From Coprobacillaceae bacterium (GTDB lineage Bacteria; Bacillota_I; Bacilli_A; Erysipelotrichales; Coprobacillaceae), in contig OY780959.1 of NCBI GenBank assembly GCA_963675915.1, positions 900,001-932,000 of the forward strand: DNA of 32,000 bases, read 5' to 3'. The notes beneath the pieces were generated by a model. It searched no databases, had not been told where the DNA came from, and saw nothing but the letters and a program-made list of their open reading frames with translations. This document shows, piece after piece, positions 1 to 9,556 of this stretch (its first letter is position 1; the number at the start of each line of letters is the position of its first letter). The translations under genes were made by a program, and so were the position numbers.

Positions 1-2079
1 CGAAACGTTTACACGTCCTTTTTCATCAATTTCAGTTACTTTTACTTTTACGATATCACCGATTTTTAAGACATCCGCCGGATTGGCGATTCTTTCATGA
101 GCGATTTTCGATACATGCAACAATCCATCAGTGCTTCCAAACAGATTTACGAAAGCTCCGTATTTCTCAACCCGGACAACTTTGGCGTCATAGATTTCAC
201 CGACTTTTGCTTTTTTAACGATTGCTGAAATCAAAGATTTTGCTTTTTCGATTGCTTCATAATCGTAATGGTAAATCAAGACAGTACCATCTTCTTCGAT
301 ATCGATCTTGACATCATCAGATTTTTCAATGATTTCGTTAATGACTTTACCACCTTGACCGATAACATCTTTGATTTGGTCAACTTCAATTTTCATCATT
401 GCAACCTTAGGTGCGTATTGAGACAGTTTTTCACGTGGTCCTTCGATTGCCGCCAGCATGTTTTCCATGATTTGAGCACGTCCGACTTTAGCTTGCGCCA
501 AGGCTTCTTGCAGGATTTCTTTAGTGATACCGTCGATTTTGATATCCATTTGTAATGCACAGATACCTTTGTCAGTACCGGCAACTTTGAAGTCCATATC
601 GCCAAGATGATCTTCCATCCCCTGAATGTCAGTCAAAATTGTATAATCGTCACCTTTTTTTACCAGACCCATGGCGATTCCGGCTACTGGTGCACTGATT
701 GGCACTCCGGCAGTCATCAAGGCCATTGAAGAGGCACAGATTGAAGCTTGTGAAGATGAACCGTTTGATTCCAATACCTCAGATACTACCCGGATAGTAT
801 ATGGGAAAGTTTCCTCACCAGGGATTACTTGAGCCAAAGCTCTTTCACCTAAAGCTCCATGACCGATTTCACGACGTCCCGGTGCCCCAAATCTTCCAGT
901 TTCCCCTACTGAGTAAGGTGGGAAGTTATAATGATGCATGAAACGTTTTTGGTCTTCAAGTCCCAAACCGTCGATTTTTTGGTGTTCATTCAAAGCCCCA
1001 AGAGTTGCAATTGACATTACTTGAGTTTCCCCACGAGTGAACAGAGCTGATCCATGGACACGAGGCAATAAGTCTACTTGAGAATCAAGTGGTCTTACTT
1101 CATCGATTTTACGTCCATCAGGACGAACTTTGTCTTCTGTGATCAGACGACGTACTTCGTCTTTTTCCAAGTCATGTAAGATTATGTTGACTTGTTTCAT
1201 TACGTTAGCTTTTTCAGTTTCGCTTTCGTATTCTTTTTCTTCGAAGATGGCTACATTGCGATCGATAACTTCATCGATAGCTGCATATCTTTCCAATTTA
1301 CCTTCAATTGAAACTGCTGCCACCATATCTGCTAAAGCCATTTCTTTGACGTGTTCAACCAATTGGTCATCCACTTCAAATAATGGGATTTCAATTTTAG
1401 CTTTTCCGCATTCCAATACTACTTTTTCCTGGAATTCGATCAATTCTTTGATTTTTTCATGTCCGAACATCAAGGCATCCAACATCACTTCTTCCGATAC
1501 TTCTTTGGCATCAGCTTCAACCATGTTGATAGCTTCCTTAGTCCCGGCAACTTCCAGGTTAAGTTCGCTGTTGGCAAGTTGTTCTGGCGAACCATTGACA
1601 ATGAATTCACCATCGACAAGTCCGACATTGACACCGGCGATTGGTCCGTTGAACGGAATATCCGATAAACATAAAGACAATGACGCACCAAGCATTGCTG
1701 CCATTTCCGGTGTGGCATTATGATCCACTGATAATACTGTGTTGATTGACTGAACTTCATTTCTGAATCCATCCGCAAACAACGGTCTGATTGGACGGTC
1801 AATCATTCTTGATGTCAGGGTTCCATGTTCGCTAGGGCGCCCTTCTCTTTTTAGAAATCCCCCAGGAATTTTCCCTACTGAATACAGTTTTTCCTCATAA
1901 ATCACTGTAAGCGGGAAAAAATTAACGTCTTTTGGCGTTTTCCCGGCAGTTGCTGTAGATAAAATTACTGTATCGTCATAACGTACTAATACTGATCCAT
2001 TAGCTTGCTTTGCAAGCTCTCCGACTTCTACTGACAGTTTTTTGCCATAGAAATCCATTGAATATACTTTCTTTGTCAT
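1..2079 (-). CDS. pnp: Polynucleotide phosphorylase (PNPase). The N-terminus is in the window and the C-terminal end runs off the left edge.
   Basis: The minus-strand translation from ATG 2079 (alternative ATG at 2082) reads [46 protein letters not shown]...[31 protein letters not shown]...[11 protein letters not shown]. Further on it shows RNase PH, KH ([10 protein letters not shown]) and S1 ([20 protein letters not shown]) signatures. A GAGGTGG RBS sits just upstream. The ORF is missing from the track only because it has no stop inside the window. Confidence 0.95.
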   Translation of the reverse strand, partial: MTKKVYSMDFYGKKLSVEVGELAKQANGSVLVRYDDTVILSTATAGKTPKDVNFFPLTVIYEEKLYSVGKIPGGFLKREGRPSEHGTLTSRMIDRPIRPLFADGFRNEVQSINTVLSVDHNATPEMAAMLGASLSLCLSDIPFNGPIAGVNVGLVDGEFIVNGSPEQLANSELNLEVAGTKEAINMVEADAKEVSEEVMLDALMFGHEKIKELIEFQEKVVLECGKAKIEIPLFEVDDQLVEHVKEMALADMVAAVSIEGKLERYAAIDEVIDRNVAIFEEKEYESETEKANVMKQVNIILHDLEKDEVRRLITEDKVRPDGRKIDEVRPLDSQVDLLPRVHGSALFTRGETQVMSIATLGALNEHQKIDGLGLEDQKRFMHHYNFPPYSVGETGRFGAPGRREIGHGALGERALAQVIPGEETFPYTIRVVSEVLESNGSSSQASICASSMALMTAGVPISAPVAGIAMGLVKKGDDYTILTDIQGMEDHLGDMDFKVAGTDKGICALQMDIKIDGITKEILQEALAQAKVGRAQIMENMLAAIEGPREKLSQYAPKVAMMKIEVDQIKDVIGQGGKVINEIIEKSDDVKIDIEEDGTVLIYHYDYEAIEKAKSLISAIVKKAKVGEIYDAKVVRVEKYGAFVNLFGSTDGLLHVSKIAHERIANPADVLKIGDIVKVKVTEIDEKGRVNVS

Positions 2080-2168
2080 CATTCCACCTCGTTTTTCCGT
2101 ATTATTATATCATATTTCAAATAAAGAAAAAACATTTTTATTTTTACTTAGGAATTATTGTAAAAAAA

Positions 2169-2177
2169 TGCTATAAT
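2169..2177 (+). promoter_or_regulatory. Extended -10 promoter element (TGcTATAAT) for the 2188 gene
   Basis: The sequence tgctataat lies 11 nt upstream of the GAGGTG RBS. The -35 is weak (TTAGGA/TAGGAA). Confidence 0.4.
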
Positions 2178-2187
2178 AGTTATCGAG

Positions 2188-3432
2188 GTGAAAATTATGA
2201 ATGAAAACGAAATCAAAAGTATTGAAAAATATGAAAGGAAATTTGAACAAGATCCAGCATCTTTCAACGATTACGAAGCCAACGACTTCGTTAAGTTATT
2301 AAAATCAAATAATAACAACGATCGTGCTATTGAAGTTGGACGTATTTTCTTAAGTTCTTCTCCAAGTCTTAAGATGTACAAAAACCAATATGGTTACGCA
2401 TTATACAATAAATTCATTAATATTGCGGATGAAAAAATTGCGGAAAACGAAGAATTGTTCTTCTCTGTACTTAACGATATCATCGATTTGTGCAAACAAG
2501 AAAGATATTCTCCAGTTGAAGCAACTGTCAATCGTGCAATCAAGTACTTGACAAACAAATCAGACGTCGATACCAATAAAGTAATTGAGTTGTATGATTT
2601 ATTGGACGTAAACATCATTTCTGATAAACCATTCACATCTGATGACGGTAAAGAATACGAATCTAAAAAAGAAAGACATTACCGTTTGAAAGTTAAAGCT
2701 TTGTACGAAGCAAAAATGTTCAAGGAATGTGTTGAGTTCGCTAACCAAGCATTGGCCAACATCACAAAATTCCATTTCAACAACGCACAATGGGTAAGCT
2801 ATTACCGTGCTGCTTCATTAGTTGAATTAGGGGAACACGAAGAAGCTAAACAAGCATTCTTGAAGCTGAACAACCGCATCCGTGGTATCAACTTCCTGGA
2901 AATTCTTTACAAAAATGAATTAGCTTTAGGTAATGACAAAGTTGCCAATGCCTATTTGATCTACGAATTCTTCCTGTCAGGATATAAAGAAAGCTTAACT
3001 TCTCTTTATACCAGAATCATGGAAATGGCTAAAAAAGCTGAAGCTGAAGAAGTTGTTGCCGTAGCTGAAAAATTCCTGGCTGCTCTGGCTAAGGAACCTG
3101 TTGAAGCTGAAGAATCAGCAACTGAAAAAACTGCATCAGAATTATATGATGATTTCTACAACAAAATCATGGATAACATGGGTAAATTTGTAGAACGCAA
3201 AGAAGGATCAATTCTTCACTACAACCGTAACAACAAATATGGTTCAGTATCTAACCCTGATGGAGATTCAATCTTCTTTAGACAATCTGATTTCATCGAA
3301 GATGAAGAAGTACGTCGTCGTGACCACGTAAGCTACACAGTTATCGAAACTTACGATCACAAAAAAGACCGTCAATCATCACGTGCAATCCTGATTGAAA
3401 CAATCGAACCTGAATTCGATTTCGGATTTTAA
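2188..3432 (+). CDS. Hypothetical protein with a TPR-like helical-repeat N-terminal part, an acidic Ala/Glu linker and a C-terminal cold-shock/OB-like domain
   Basis: This 414-aa ORF has a GAGGTG RBS. It contains repeated amphipathic helix pairs (YRLKVKALYEAKMFKECVEFANQALANI, AQWVSYYRAASLVELGEHEEAKQAFLKL) and a linker AEAEEVVAVAEKFLAALAKEPVEAEESATEK. The C-terminus GSILHYNRNNKYGSVSNPDGDSIFFRQSDFIEDEEVRRRDHVSYTVIETYD...RAILIE matches the CspA layout (G.I..f....yGfi....g.diFfh.s.......g..V.f.v). Confidence 0.8.
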   Translation: MKIMNENEIKSIEKYERKFEQDPASFNDYEANDFVKLLKSNNNNDRAIEVGRIFLSSSPSLKMYKNQYGYALYNKFINIADEKIAENEELFFSVLNDIIDLCKQERYSPVEATVNRAIKYLTNKSDVDTNKVIELYDLLDVNIISDKPFTSDDGKEYESKKERHYRLKVKALYEAKMFKECVEFANQALANITKFHFNNAQWVSYYRAASLVELGEHEEAKQAFLKLNNRIRGINFLEILYKNELALGNDKVANAYLIYEFFLSGYKESLTSLYTRIMEMAKKAEAEEVVAVAEKFLAALAKEPVEAEESATEKTASELYDDFYNKIMDNMGKFVERKEGSILHYNRNNKYGSVSNPDGDSIFFRQSDFIEDEEVRRRDHVSYTVIETYDHKKDRQSSRAILIETIEPEFDFGF

Positions 3433-3462
3433 TCAACCCGATTGACCAACTATATATAATAA

Positions 3463-3493
3463 GGATGAACTGCCCTGCGGTTTGTCCTTTTTA
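3463..3493 (+). terminator. Rho-independent terminator of the 2188-3432 gene
   Basis: The stem is GGATGAAC/GTTTGTCC (8 bp including G-U pairs) with a 9-nt loop, followed by TTTTT. Confidence 0.6.
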
Positions 3494-3545
3494 TAGGATG
3501 AAATCAATAAAGTTGATTTGATTTTTATTCGCCAATTTTCTGGAT

Positions 3546-3566
3546 AGAAAAACCGGGAACTCCCGG
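3546..3566 (-). terminator. Minus-strand hairpin with U-tract downstream of the intron
   Basis: On the minus strand the sequence is CCGGGAgtTCCCGG followed by TTTTTC. Confidence 0.45.
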
Positions 3567-3591
3567 TCATGTTCAAACATATCATCATTTG

Positions 3592-3619
3592 CCGTCCTGG
3601 ACTTTCAGGCCGGTTTTTT
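3592..3619 (+). terminator. Second plus-strand terminator-like hairpin, abutting the intron 3' end
   Basis: The stem is CCGTCCTG/CAGGCCGG (one mismatch) with loop gacttt, followed by TTTTTT. Confidence 0.5.
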
Positions 3620-3630
3620 GTTTAGAAACA

Positions 3631-5670
3631 ATAAAGTAGGCTAACTTATTTCTAAGCTAGCCCCTTATCAAACCGCACATGCGCTATTAACGCATACGGC
3701 TTACCAATTTACTAAATCTGATTTTATGAATGATTATAGTCTACTTGCTAAAAGAGTAGGCTATTTTCTTGTTTCTTTCTTTCGTGTAATACTTGATTCC
3801 GGCTTTCCTGCACTGTTCCACTCTGTTTTTCGTTACTTCTTTGTTGATACCCTGTTGTCTTTGAACATATATTTCAATTGGATATCCATACATGGTATTG
3901 AAATAGTGCCAGTATGCCGGTTTCAAACCAATCATCGCAAAGAATGCTATATTCCATTTAACCGTCATTCCAAACGCTTTCCTGATTGTCGGATGTTTAT
4001 GCAGCATGCACATTCTCAGCCTTTGGCGTATATACTTGTCAATTGTATTTAGTTCCCTTCCCATTAGATTTATGTCGCAATGGGTTTTGTAGTTGTGCTT
4101 CTTGAATATTTTAAGTGCTTTGTAGACGTTCAGGTAGTAATTGACTTTACCAACTATAATCGGATTAAGCATGCTTACCCATTTATCCTGAGAAAATGTC
4201 CACTTTCTTTGCGTCTTATCCTTGATTTTCTTTTTGAAGTCTTTGAGCGACTTGGCGGTGGGAACTATGAAATAGTAGTCTTCACCTTTCTTGTTTTTCC
4301 TCCAGTGTTTGAAGTCAAATCCAAGAAATGTAAAATCATCATTTTTAAAGTCCACCACTTTGGTTTTGTCCATAGCCATTTCCAATCCCAATGATTGAAT
4401 CACTTCTCTGGCTATCTTTCCTGCCCTCTCAATTTCTTCTTCTGTTTTCGCAAACAAGAGAAAATCATCGGCATAACGCACGAAGTGAATCTTTGCCTCG
4501 TGCAACTTCCAATCCAGTTCGTTCAGGTAGATGTTTGCAAGTAGAGGTGAAATAACGCCACCTTGCGGTGTTCCACTTTTGCTTTGCATATGTTTTCCGT
4601 CTTCCATGTATCCCGCTTTGAGCCATGACCAAATCAAATCAAGAACAGTCCCATCAGCGATGCATTTATTCAATACCTTCATCAACTTTTTATGGGGAAT
4701 GTTATCGAAGAACCCTTTGATATCACAATCGTATATCCAGTTTCTTCCTTCCTCGATGTTCTTGATGATAATCTGCATGGCACTGTCGACACCACGATTC
4801 GGGCGGTAGCCAACTGACCAGTGATGGAATATACCGGCCTCATATTTTGGGGTTAGGATATTGGTTAGCACCTGCTGAACTATCCGATCTTTGACTATTG
4901 GTATTCCCAATGGTCTTCTCTTTCCGTTTTTCTTAGGGATATATACTCGCCTTACAGGGGTTGGTCTATATTCCTTTAATCTCAGTTCTTCCAGTAGCTT
5001 GTCCAGATTGTCTTGTTCATTTTCCATGAAGCGTTCAATGGTTACCCCATCAATCCCTCCACTTCCATGATTTGCTTTTACCTGCTTCCATGCTTCTAGT
5101 ATTTTCCTGTCCTGGAGTATTTGTCCATACAGAGAATGCCACTTCAATTTCAACGGTTCATTCATAATTTCAAACCTCTCTTTCTATTTATCGTTCTTTG
5201 AATTCGTTTGTACCTAAGTACCGTCATTCTTACCATTACGATTAAACACAGTAAGAATTGTAAAAGGTCAATCCACTTCGCTTCGCCAAACGTTTGGTCG
5301 CATGACTACTTCACTACTATGAGATTGTCTGACTCCTCTTCATATAACCATCACTTCGAATGACTCTTATAGATGATTATCCTTTCGGTGGATGAAGAGG
5401 TCTCACAGGGTCATCAACTACGCCCTTGTTGACATGCCAATCACCTTCACAATGGAGTGCCGGCATATTCGACTAGTTCTTAGAATATGTCGTGAATAGA
5501 CTTCCGCACCTTTCGCAACGTCGTCACATTCTCCACTGCCGCAACATGTGATTCACTTTTCGTTTCGGCCTGCCAACTCATCTACAGGTCTCTCGACTAC
5601 TGCGTCTCCTTCAAACACAATCTCACGATTATGCCCTAGACTAGATTTCCCGAATAGCACCAGTGCGCAC
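3631..5670 (-). mobile_element. Group II intron (about 2.04 kb) encoding an RT/maturase in domain IV
   Basis: On the minus strand the 5' end reads GTGCGCACTGG starting at 5670. Domain V lies at 3702-3670 (AAGCCGTATGCG-TTAATAG-CGCATGTGCGGTTT, with the AGC triad). Domain VI is a 10-bp helix GGCTAGCTTA-GAAA-TAAGTTAGCC followed by T-A-C with a bulgeable A. The sequence CTTTAT ends at 3631, giving a 3'-terminal AY. The IEP ORF lies between domains I-III and domain V. Confidence 0.85.
3741..5165 (-). CDS. Group II intron reverse transcriptase/maturase (intron-encoded protein); no obvious HNH endonuclease domain
   Basis: This 474-aa ORF carries RT motifs: RRVYIPKKNGKRRPLGIP, DIKGFFDNIPH, GTPQGGVISPLLANIYL and FVRYADDFLLF (YADD). 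A maturase X-like region follows (LNPIIVGKVNYY). An AGAGAGG RBS precedes the start. Confidence 0.95.
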   Translation of the reverse strand: MNEPLKLKWHSLYGQILQDRKILEAWKQVKANHGSGGIDGVTIERFMENEQDNLDKLLEELRLKEYRPTPVRRVYIPKKNGKRRPLGIPIVKDRIVQQVLTNILTPKYEAGIFHHWSVGYRPNRGVDSAMQIIIKNIEEGRNWIYDCDIKGFFDNIPHKKLMKVLNKCIADGTVLDLIWSWLKAGYMEDGKHMQSKSGTPQGGVISPLLANIYLNELDWKLHEAKIHFVRYADDFLLFAKTEEEIERAGKIAREVIQSLGLEMAMDKTKVVDFKNDDFTFLGFDFKHWRKNKKGEDYYFIVPTAKSLKDFKKKIKDKTQRKWTFSQDKWVSMLNPIIVGKVNYYLNVYKALKIFKKHNYKTHCDINLMGRELNTIDKYIRQRLRMCMLHKHPTIRKAFGMTVKWNIAFFAMIGLKPAYWHYFNTMYGYPIEIYVQRQQGINKEVTKNRVEQCRKAGIKYYTKERNKKIAYSFSK

Positions 5671-5807
5671 GGGGTAGGATTTGTACCTACGGGGTTTCCC
5701 TATTCCATGATATTTACTGTATTGATAGCTAACTATTACAGGAACTCATTTATAAAAGGAAAATGCCATGTACCTGTATACACGACATCTAAGCGACTGC
5801 CTGTCGC

Positions 5808-5831
5808 ACAAAAAGAGAGTCGCCTCGACTC
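5808..5831 (-). terminator. Rho-independent terminator of the DtxR/MntR-family gene
   Basis: On the minus strand GAGTCG-agg-CGACTC is followed by TCTTTTTG, about 8 nt after the stop codon. Confidence 0.6.
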
Positions 5832-5838
5832 CCTGTTA

Positions 5839-6216
5839 TCAGTTATTATCAGTTTTTTCCAGATACTTTTCAATCGCTTCGACCGCATCTTGAGAAATAA
5901 CATGTTCAATCCTACAGGCATCATCATCGGCCATCTCTTCTTCCATCCCCAGCACATTGACAAAAAGTTTTTTGATAGTCTGATGCTTCTTGAATATTTT
6001 TTGGGCTTGGGATTCTCCAATGTCAGTAAGTGTAATATCCCCATAGCGCTCATAATTGACAAAACCCTGTTCTTTCAGGACGTTTAGGGCATTATTGACA
6101 CTCGGTTTGGAAACCCCCAATTTTGAAGCCATATCGGATACCCGGACCTTTGCGCCCGCCAGATTGGTTTCATAAATGATCTCCAGATAGTTTTGCATAG
6201 CAATCGACATTTTCAT
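5839..6216 (-). CDS. mntR: DtxR/MntR-family metal-dependent transcriptional regulator
   Basis: The protein reads MKMSIAMQNYLEIIYETNL...VRVSDMASKLGVSKPSVNNALNVLKEQGFVNYERYGDITLTDIGESQAQKIFKKHQTIKKLF...EEMADDDACRIEHVIS. This shows the winged HTH and metal-site helix typical of MntR. I placed the start at ATG 6216, 8 nt after AGGAGGG; the track ORF extends upstream to 6267. Confidence 0.8.
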   Translation of the reverse strand: MKMSIAMQNYLEIIYETNLAGAKVRVSDMASKLGVSKPSVNNALNVLKEQGFVNYERYGDITLTDIGESQAQKIFKKHQTIKKLFVNVLGMEEEMADDDACRIEHVISQDAVEAIEKYLEKTDNN

Positions 6217-6297
6217 TTCATCAGCCCTCCTATAGGGTATAATAGCACAATTAGACGCACCTAACAACCCGGATATAAAAAAAGAGAGTTACCTCTC

Positions 6298-6780
6298 TTA
6301 GTCATGTACGAATACAACTGAAATAATATCTATTTCGTAAGGGTTCGCAACCCCGACAGTGATTCTTTCGCCTTCACCTTTACCGAACAATGCTTTGGCA
6401 AGTGGTGATTCGTTTGAAATTTTTCCATCAAATGGATCAGTTTCGAAAGAACCTACGATTTTATAAGTATAAACCTCATCATCTGACAAGTCTCTGAAAG
6501 TTACAGTAGCTCCAGGTCCGGCAATATGAGAGTCAAGATTATCTTCAGAAATGATTTCCGCATTTTGAATCATTCGGTCGATTTCTTTGATTCTTCCTTC
6601 CACCTCAGCCTGACGGTTACGGGCAGCATCATAATCCGCATTTTCGGACAAGTCACCTTGAGAACGGGCTAATGATAATTCATCAATAACTTTTGGACGT
6701 TCAACATTGATTAAATGTTCACGTTCCTGTTTTAACTTTTCTAAACCCGATTGGGTAAGTAGCACTTTTCCAGTTTCCAT
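6298..6780 (-). CDS. greA: Transcription elongation factor GreA
   Basis: The sequence LLTQSGLEKLKQEREHLINVERPKVIDELSLARSQGDLSENADYDAARNRQAEVEGRIKEI is the classic GreA coiled coil, and a C-terminal globular domain follows. A GAGGTGA RBS precedes the start. Confidence 0.95.
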   Translation of the reverse strand: METGKVLLTQSGLEKLKQEREHLINVERPKVIDELSLARSQGDLSENADYDAARNRQAEVEGRIKEIDRMIQNAEIISEDNLDSHIAGPGATVTFRDLSDDEVYTYKIVGSFETDPFDGKISNESPLAKALFGKGEGERITVGVANPYEIDIISVVFVHD

Positions 6781-6831
6781 TTTTTCACCTCGTTATCTAA
6801 ATATAACACAATTGATTTCAAATCTCAATAT

Positions 6832-8082
6832 TTATTTTCGCAATTTTCGCGCCATATCATGGACATTCAACTCGAAATCGACCTTAATCTTCATAAGTTC
6901 CATCGGATGGTTCGCCACTTCGACACTTTCCCCGTCTTCATTGACGATATTAGTGATAGTAGTGGTGATATTGTCATGGGACGGCGAGAAAAATTCGACC
7001 GTATCCCCTACTTTGAAATAATTGCGCTGTTCAACAGTAGCCATCATTGTCTCCTTGTCAAAGTCAACAACTCTCATGACAAAATCCTGTGTCGGATGTT
7101 CATTGCGTAGATTGAAAAGCTGATAATCTTCGTTGACATCACCATGGAAGAATCCGGTGCAGGTTGCCCGGTTGGCTGCTTTGGCCAGTTCGTTCCGGTA
7201 GAAATCAGTCAGTTTGAAATTGTCAGGATCTTCACAATAATGATCGATCATCTTGCGGTAGGTCGAAACAACCGTTGCGATATAGTGGATTGATTTCATC
7301 CGCCCTTCAATCTTGAGCGAATCAACGCCTAGCTCGATCAGTTGGGGAATCTCATTAATCAGGCACATGTCTTTAGAAGACATTGAAAACGGCGGCAGTC
7401 CTTCACCGTTTACCTGCCAGTCGTTGAAGTACATATCATAATACCAGCGACATGACTGGGAACAGCCGCCGCGGTTGGCATCTCTTGATGAAAAATGATT
7501 TGAGAGCATGCAGCGCCCCGAATAGTTGATGCACATTGCCCCGTGGATAAAATATTCAATATCGATTTCACTGTTTTCCAAAATAGCTGCCAGATCCTTG
7601 GCCGTAGTTTCCCGACCCAGGACAACCCGGTCAACCCCGAAGTCCTGGTAGAATTCTACTGCTTTAGAATTAAGTGTCGACATTTGGGTCGAAACATGGA
7701 TTTCCAATGAAAGGTTCAACGCTTTGGCTATTGCCATGATGTGGATATCCGCGACAATTATCGCATCAACCCCGATTTCATCAAGGGCCCGAAGATAATC
7801 TTCGATCCCTGCCAGGTTGTCGTTGTGGAGCACGATATTGCAGGTCACATGAACCTGAGTCCCATGGGCATGGGCGAATTTGACTGCTTCTTCGATATCC
7901 TCAAGAGGGAAGTTCGAAGCCAGTGAACGCAATGAGAATTCCTTGCCGCCGATAAACACAGCATCCGCCCCGTAAAGAACGGCGACTTTGAGTTTTTCCA
8001 GATTTCCCGCCGGAGCCAGCAGTTCCGGTTTTTTGACGATTACCCGCTTGTTATCGATAATTTCACTGATTTGTCTTGGCAT
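6832..8082 (-). CDS. yrrO: Peptidase U32 family protein (YrrO/TrhP-type, linked to tRNA 5-hydroxyuridine formation)
   Basis: The protein has KPELLAPAGNLEKLKVAVLYGADAVFIGG and a U32 core with ...GAMCINYSGRCMLS...CSQSCRW. I placed the start at ATG 8082, 8 nt after AAGGAG; the track uses TTG 8088. Its position next to yrrN and yrrM matches B. subtilis. Confidence 0.88.
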   Translation of the reverse strand: MPRQISEIIDNKRVIVKKPELLAPAGNLEKLKVAVLYGADAVFIGGKEFSLRSLASNFPLEDIEEAVKFAHAHGTQVHVTCNIVLHNDNLAGIEDYLRALDEIGVDAIIVADIHIMAIAKALNLSLEIHVSTQMSTLNSKAVEFYQDFGVDRVVLGRETTAKDLAAILENSEIDIEYFIHGAMCINYSGRCMLSNHFSSRDANRGGCSQSCRWYYDMYFNDWQVNGEGLPPFSMSSKDMCLINEIPQLIELGVDSLKIEGRMKSIHYIATVVSTYRKMIDHYCEDPDNFKLTDFYRNELAKAANRATCTGFFHGDVNEDYQLFNLRNEHPTQDFVMRVVDFDKETMMATVEQRNYFKVGDTVEFFSPSHDNITTTITNIVNEDGESVEVANHPMELMKIKVDFELNVHDMARKLRK

Positions 8083-8968
8083 CGTCAATTCTCCTTACAT
8101 CATCTATTTTGTAGACTGTCTTGTCGAAGGTGAAACTCTTGAAATAATCGATTTCCTCATCGACTTCAAGCAACTTCTCAACCAGATTTGGCTCCCCTTT
8201 GGCGGCTCTTAAATAGAGCGCAACAATCTTAACATAACTTGCATCATCGACAAACTGGTTGTCGATTATTCCATAGTCAAACGGTTCGAACTTGTCGATG
8301 ATATCGATAGTCTGCAACTGGTTTTTGGTCATAATATGAGTCCCGTAATCATCTTCATAGATATAATCGAGCGTCTCCTGGTTATTGGCCTTGATTGTGA
8401 TTCCGGCACTTTTATCAACCGGGATATCGACCCCGACCACTGTTAGATAGTTGGAAACAAGTTTTCGTTTCGAATAACCCATATATTCGCTGCCATGGAC
8501 CTGAACCAAAGTTTTCAGTTCAGTCTTTTCATTGATCAGCAATTTTTCTTCAAGCGAAATTTCCCGCGCCAAAAAGGCCCCCTTGATTCCCAGGGCATGA
8601 TACTGGTTCAAGGATGCATAATTGGTATTCAAGGTGTCCGGATCATAGATCAGATCCCATTTGTAATTGTTGTTTTTGGTAAGCTGATATACGGCAAAGT
8701 CCTGGAAGATGATTCCATCGATGCCAATTTCATTAAGATTGGCCAACAGTTTACCCAACTTGATCAGGTAATGTTCCTCGATCAGGGCATTGACATAGAC
8801 ATAAACTTTCTTGTCTTTTTTGTTTTCAACCATTTGAGCCAGCTGGGCGAAACTCAATTTCGGTTCGCAGCGCAGCGAGAATTCTTCGACTCCCGCCAGC
8901 CAGATGCCAATCTTTTCATCATATATTATTTCATCATTCAAACTCACCGGAGTAATTGCGAATTTCAT
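8063..8968 (-). CDS. yrrN: Peptidase U32 family protein, short paralog (YrrN-type)
   Basis: This 301-aa ORF has a U32-like TIM-barrel N-terminus (GIDGIIFQDFAVYQL...GAFLAREISLEE). It is translationally coupled on both sides: TAAATG with trmR upstream and a 20-nt overlap with yrrO downstream. Confidence 0.8.
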   Translation of the reverse strand: MKFAITPVSLNDEIIYDEKIGIWLAGVEEFSLRCEPKLSFAQLAQMVENKKDKKVYVYVNALIEEHYLIKLGKLLANLNEIGIDGIIFQDFAVYQLTKNNNYKWDLIYDPDTLNTNYASLNQYHALGIKGAFLAREISLEEKLLINEKTELKTLVQVHGSEYMGYSKRKLVSNYLTVVGVDIPVDKSAGITIKANNQETLDYIYEDDYGTHIMTKNQLQTIDIIDKFEPFDYGIIDNQFVDDASYVKIVALYLRAAKGEPNLVEKLLEVDEEIDYFKSFTFDKTVYKIDDVRRIDDAKTNQ

Positions 8969-9556
8969 TTATTTCCTCCTGATAACACAAATACCATCAC
9001 CGATTTGATAGTATTCCACATCGTATAATTCATTGTTGAAAATCCAATCCTTGAAGCGTTTGATTTTCTTGACCAATTGCTTCGTATTGCGGTTTTTGAT
9101 ATTGTCGATATCAAAGATCATCCCATGGAAATCGAGATTGTCGACAATGCAGAATCCGCCCGGCTTGACATTTTCCATATATTTTTCAAAAAATTTCTGA
9201 TATTGGGCCTTGGCCGCATCGATAAAGAGGCAGTCATACTCCTGCAACACCAGTTCTTCGTTTTTAAATTCCAAAGCATCCCCGAGATGCAGGATAACCT
9301 GGTCTTCAAGTTCCAGTTTGGCAATATTGGCCTGGGCCTGAGCAAACCGCTCGGCGTTTAGTTCGATTGTCTCCACCTGAGCCTCGAGATTAAGGGCCAT
9401 CATTGCAGCCGAATAACCGACTGCCGCCCCGATTTCAAGAATCTTCTTCACATTATTTTTAGCACACAGATCAATCAAAAATTCCAGACCTTCCCGCTGC
9501 ATGATGGGAATATTGTCTTCAAGTGCTTTTGTTTCTATTTCTTCCAAGTAAATCAT
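8969..9556 (-). CDS. trmR: SAM-dependent O-methyltransferase, class I (YrrM/TrmR-type)
   Basis: The protein contains ILEIGAAVGYSAAMMA (SAM motif I), DCLFIDAAKAQY and GGFCIVDNLDFHG. The ATG at 9556 overlaps the mltG TGA stop (TGATG). The track alternative is GTG at 9565. Confidence 0.85.
   Translation of the reverse strand: MIYLEEIETKALEDNIPIMQREGLEFLIDLCAKNNVKKILEIGAAVGYSAAMMALNLEAQVETIELNAERFAQAQANIAKLELEDQVILHLGDALEFKNEELVLQEYDCLFIDAAKAQYQKFFEKYMENVKPGGFCIVDNLDFHGMIFDIDNIKNRNTKQLVKKIKRFKDWIFNNELYDVEYYQIGDGICVIRRK

Noticed and set aside
1130-1802. Several ORFs of 69-197 aa on both strands inside the pnp region.
   Set aside because: The PNPase frame, which is absent from the track because it has no stop inside the window, explains the whole region with strong homology motifs. 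The others are overlapping shadow ORFs.
5671-5700. Class C-style intron insertion immediately after a terminator hairpin.
   Set aside because: The only hairpin abutting the 5' splice site is a 5-bp stem (GTAGG/CCTAC) with no U-tract. The real mntR terminator is about 135 nt further upstream. I cannot assign the intron class without structural alignment.
5548-6087. A 179-aa plus-strand ORF and a 108-aa minus-strand ORF spanning the intron 5' end and the mntR region.
   Set aside because: They overlap intron domain I RNA and the DtxR/MntR-family CDS. They have no RBS and no motifs.
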